Below the pieces are notes generated by a model. The model saw only the letters and a program-made list of their open reading frames with translations. It ran no database searches and had not been told where the DNA came from. From Takakia lepidozioides (lineage: Eukaryota > Plantae > Bryophyta): DNA of 64,000 nucleotides. The DNA lies in NCBI GenBank assembly GCA_030704615.1, contig CM060734.1, positions 14,198,001 through 14,262,000 on the forward strand, given 5' to 3'. Shown here piece by piece: positions 59,720 to 64,000 of this stretch. The stretch's first letter is position 1; every line of letters begins with the position of its first letter. Made by a program: the position numbers and the translations under genes.

Positions 59720-62700
59720 GTGCCGATGAACGTCCAGCTCCCTTCTCTTCTTCTATCTCCTCTAGGATGTGTATCGTCCAGTTCATTCCCTTTCATCTTT
59801 CTCCTCGTCTTGAATGACTGATTATCCATCTACGATCTACGAATTTTCCCCTTCTTCATTTCCTCTCCACCTTCCTTTGGGGAGCTTTCATCCTGGAGCT
59901 GGCTCTTCGGTCTCTATGAGCCAGGCAAGCAGCTAAGGCCGAATCTCTTACGAAACTCTTATGTTTTGTTTCTTGCACTTCAAGAGCTTAATCGATCATT
60001 GTGCACATTCAGTCACCTGTTGAGCTCTCCTTGTCGCGCGCTGACCCCTGCCTTGGCTGTGCTGGATATGGTGTATCTCGACCATTGCCTGCCGAAGCGA
60101 CCTTCATGACCTTAAGTGGGCGCGTTTTCTTGCGCGGATTGTCAGAGTCAGCCTGTGGTGCTGCTCCCTCTTCAGATAAGCTTCGAAACCCTCTCGCTCT
60201 CTCCCCCGCATCCCACTTCTTTCTTTGCTGCTATCCTAGTGCCGTTCTCTGACACCTCTCTCTACCGATTAATTTCTTCTCGGGCTTCCTTCATTTCTTC
60301 CCTCGAGATGGCTCCGTTGGCCAATGCGGCAGCTGGAGGCCCGCAACGAGATCCCTCCTACCGTTCTAACAGAAGTCGCAGAGAAAGAAGAAGAAGTGGC
60401 TCGTACTGTAAGCAAAATGGAGCTGGACTGCTGGGTTCTACTCCCTTCATGTCCTCCCCACCTGGGAGACAGGTGGAGGTATGGAGTGAAGTAGCTGCAC
60501 CTTCCAGCGAGCATCAGCCTATCCTGCAGCTTAACATGGACGTTGTTAAATCCCACTCTAAGCTTCTCTCTGAACAGGGCATCCTCCTCTATTTTCCAGG
60601 AAGTGCAAGAGATCGTCACTGGGCGCGCATGTGGACCTTGGAACACTTGGGAGCTGACGGGGGGCTAACACCCCACTTTTGTCACCCGTCAGGGAGGGGT
60701 TTTTTCTCCATTTTGTTCAGTTCAATTGAATTTGCTTCTAAAGCTCTGAAATTCAACGTGAGGAAATCTAGATACCGCGTGCACATCTTTCCTTGGCTGG
60801 CTGAGTGGGGACACAAGATTGGTTTGACTTGCAAGCCTCGAGTGATTGCATTTTGTCGTACCTTCCTGGAAACCACATGCGCTCCTTGCATGAGATTGGT
60901 GCCCATTTTGGGGCCTTCATTGGCACTATGAATGTTAATGATTATGGGGATGCTGAACCCATTAGCATTGACTCAGAGGCTAACTGGGATCCCACCTGGG
61001 ACTCTGGTGTTCCTAAAATTGTGGTATGGATGCCTGAAAATGCAGTGATTAGGGACTCTCTTAAGCTGCCTACCCTGGACGATTCTTACATCACAGTTGC
61101 AGTGATTGACGAGAGCCTCAGTATTATGCGCTACAGATATCATAAGGAAGGTCACGTTAAGGTGGATTGCCCTTTGAACAAGAAAGATGTGCTCCCTAAT
61201 GTGGCCTCTCCACTTGTGGCAGCTAGTCCTTCTAACGAAGTCTCAAGGATGGAGAATCAGTTTCAGCAAATGCAAGTGGAGGTCTCGCCAAATGAAAGAC
61301 CTCCGGCTAAGAGACCTAGGGTGATCTCTACACCTTCTTCCTCTCGGTTCTTGAGTCCTAAGGATTTGTTGATCTCCCCAACCTCATTGCAAGATCCAGG
61401 GCAGAAGCGGTCATCTTTCAATTGGGAGAACTCCTTGGGCATATTGGTGTCGCTATCAAAGCGAATCAGAATGTGCAGGGGTGAAGCTGAGAGGCAACCA
61501 GACATTAACCTAAGGGCCTTTTGTAGCAGACTAAAGTCCTTTGAAAGGCTCCTAATCCCCGATGACTTCTCTCCAGTGGGTCCAATGGATGTTGCTGTTC
61601 ATGTCATCCCCTTGGTGTATGGTTTTCCAGAGGGCTCTCCAGCCATTTTGGCAACGGGTGGTGATTCGTTCATCGGTTCTTGGATCTTCCCAGAGGATAT
61701 TCTCTCTTTAGCTCCGGGGAAAGAGATGGATTCCATTCTTTCTAAAATCCGTAACATCTTCACGGCCTTCCTTCCCCATCTTACTATAACTCCTACAACT
61801 CCTATCTTCTTTGGGGCCTTCCTTCACCAATCTTCCTCTGGCAACATATCTGTGCAGCTGCTGCCACCATTTGTCTTGAGGACTTGAAATTGCAGGAAAG
61901 TTCCTTCTCCTTTCTAACCTGGATGTCTGGGAAGCAGATCCCAGAGAGCTTCGGAGATACTGCAAATAGGAAGTTTCTGGCGGCTATTTATGATGCTGGG
62001 CTGAAGATAGTGGAAGAGATTCTACATAGCCAAAGATCGGAGCGTCCACAATCTGAGTCTCCCATAAGCGACAAGATCTTCACTATGGTGGATCTCACCA
62101 TTGCCTCTCCTTCCCCGGTGAGCCCTTTCTTCCCTCTTTGCTTTCACTGCCTTACATGCTTCCTCTTTCCCGTCTTTCCCAGCAGGTGCTGGGCTCTAAC
62201 TATATGTCTGATCAGTGGCCGATTCAGTCCAGTTCTCCTGCTTATGAACAAGGTGTGGAGCCCTGTCACATCGCTCCCATTGCTTGCCTGACTGCTAGGC
62301 CTTCCTCTCCTCCTCGGTGTGGCGCAGCTTCTCCAACTGAGTATTATCCATCCCATGCTATTCCAATCAGACCCCTCGTGGCTGTCTTCACAAAGAGACC
62401 CCTGCCGTTGCGCCTCTTTTTCATTCACTGCTTCCATTTCTTTCAGCCATCAAATCTTGGGAGGCTTCGCATGGGCTGCCTGTTCTTCCCCACATGAGTT
62501 GGTCCCTCTACTCCTGGAATATTTGGGGTATGGGTTCAGATACCTCCATGCCCAAAAGAAGACGTATCAAGCTTTGGGCTTCCTCACTTCTGCCCTCTTC
62601 TGCCATCATCTTTCGCCAAGAAACAAAGCTGGACGACGTTAAAATTCGTTCCATTGGTAACTCTTTCTGGCCTTCCCACATTGCCTGGTGGAATCCCGCA

Positions 62701-63700
62701 ATTTCTTCTTCTCGTGGTGGTACCGCGGTCCTCGTGACTCCCTCCCTTGCTGCTTCAGTCCATGAAGTCCAAATTTGGGTGCAAGGACGGGTTCAGCGTG
62801 TGATCACTGAGCAGTCCTCCCCCTTTGGTCTTTCAACCTTCATCAATGTGTACGCTCCAAATTCTTCTCTAGATAGGGCTGCCCTCTGGGATACTATTAG
62901 GGACAAGGTTATTGGTGACTTTAATATGGTTGACTGTTTCAATGATAGATTGGCTCACGCCTCGCTATCTCTTTCTGATACTGAGCGGACGGCATGGGAT
63001 TTGCTTTGTTTCTCAGTAGGTCTGTTGGATGTTTATGTGGAGAATTCTGATGGCCTGAAATACACATGGTCTAATTTGAGACACCTCCTCATCTCTGTAT
63101 GGCTCGCTTGGATAGGATCTACTGTATGCATTCTCCATTAGTCTGGTCTCGTAATGTGCCTCAGGCCCCCATCCTCCCTGATTTTGATTATGCCATTGTG
63201 CAAGTGGACTTCAAGCTCCAGGGCTGCATGCCAGAGGACGGGGTTTTAAACTGAACACCTCCATCTTGAGAAAGCTCGACTGTCTGCAGCTCCTGAAAAA
63301 AGAATGGTCAGAGTCAGGCCTGGGTTACCAATCTCCCTCCATTACCTTCTTGCATAAACTAAAAGCCACCAGGAAGCTGGCGCAGTCCCTTTCCAAATCC
63401 TTGGCAGAGGAAAATTCCAGTCGTCATAGAGCTCTAACCAAGTATTTAAGACACTCCCAACAGAGGATTGAAAAAGACAGGACTGGCCCGGTTACCATGG
63501 AAACCTACCTTGAGGCAAAGAGAAATATGGCTAGCTTTGCTCTGGAGAAGGAAAAGTTTTTCCGCATCAAAGCTGGGGTTAACTGGTCTCTAAAGGGCGA
63601 GAAAATGAATGGATATTTTTTCCAGAAGGTGAAGCAGAGAAGAGAGGCTACTATGCTGCAATCCATCACTGACCCCAATGGAGGCACCTTCACCAATCCC
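59720..63700 (+). mobile_element. 5' part of a plant L1-type LINE: 5' UTR, ORF1 (DUF4283-like, degenerate knuckle), ORF2 APE endonuclease and linker
   Basis: ORF1 has GRGFFSILF...IFPW and YHKEGHVKVDCP (60309-~62100). ORF2 has SWNIWGM, QETKL, NVYAPN, IGDFNM, YTWSN and W...GEK..GYFF (62494-63700). Confidence 0.88.
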
Positions 63701-64000
63701 AAGTTCAGGGTGAGGAGCGGACAGCAAAATCGGCTACGTCCTAAGCCCCCTCACCGCTTTTCGCGGAGCGTTTTCGACGCTTCATGGCCAGCGATTCTCT
63801 ATTCTCTACCCTTTCTTTTTCTTCCCTTTAATTTTTTTTAATTTTTTTAATTGTTTTAGAAAAGAGGGGGATTGTAGCCCTGATTTACTTTATTATAAAA
63901 TATTTTTTGGGGGGGCAAAAAGCCCTTACAAGTTATTTGGAATTATTCGGGGAAAAAAATTAAAACCTCTTCTCTCATCATAAGGCATGTGAGGCTAGAT

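Overview
This is eukaryotic, transposon-dense DNA, most likely from a non-seed land plant. That assignment is inferred from the spliceosomal introns, Tcn1-like chromoviruses and PLS-type PPR fragments. No intact host gene, RNA gene or CRISPR array is supported. Positions 4050-34540 form a nested stack, and each layer is resolved by its target-site duplication (TSD). A minus-strand LINE contains LTR element A (4625-30359, TSD GTTCT). A contains element C (5137-10575, TSD ATTT) and a Mutator-like DNA transposon (13545-29730, TSD TCGCCAAAC). That transposon contains a young chromovirus B (21184-28049, TSD CACAC). The standout is the cargo of the Mutator-like element. Divergent from its GCM-like/DDE/SWIM transposase it carries an intron-containing gene with an N-terminal ParB/Srx-like domain and a C-terminal beta-class N4C/N6A DNA-methyltransferase-like domain. 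One intron of that gene holds six conserved 22-24 bp palindromes. A second copy of the element ends at ~4049, and a third fragment (47149-47996) supplies the exon with the motif IV equivalent that is missing from the main copy. All copies here are degenerate. The rest of the window is decayed Ty3/gypsy and LINE sequence with inversions, local duplications and a ~1 kb tandem repeat.
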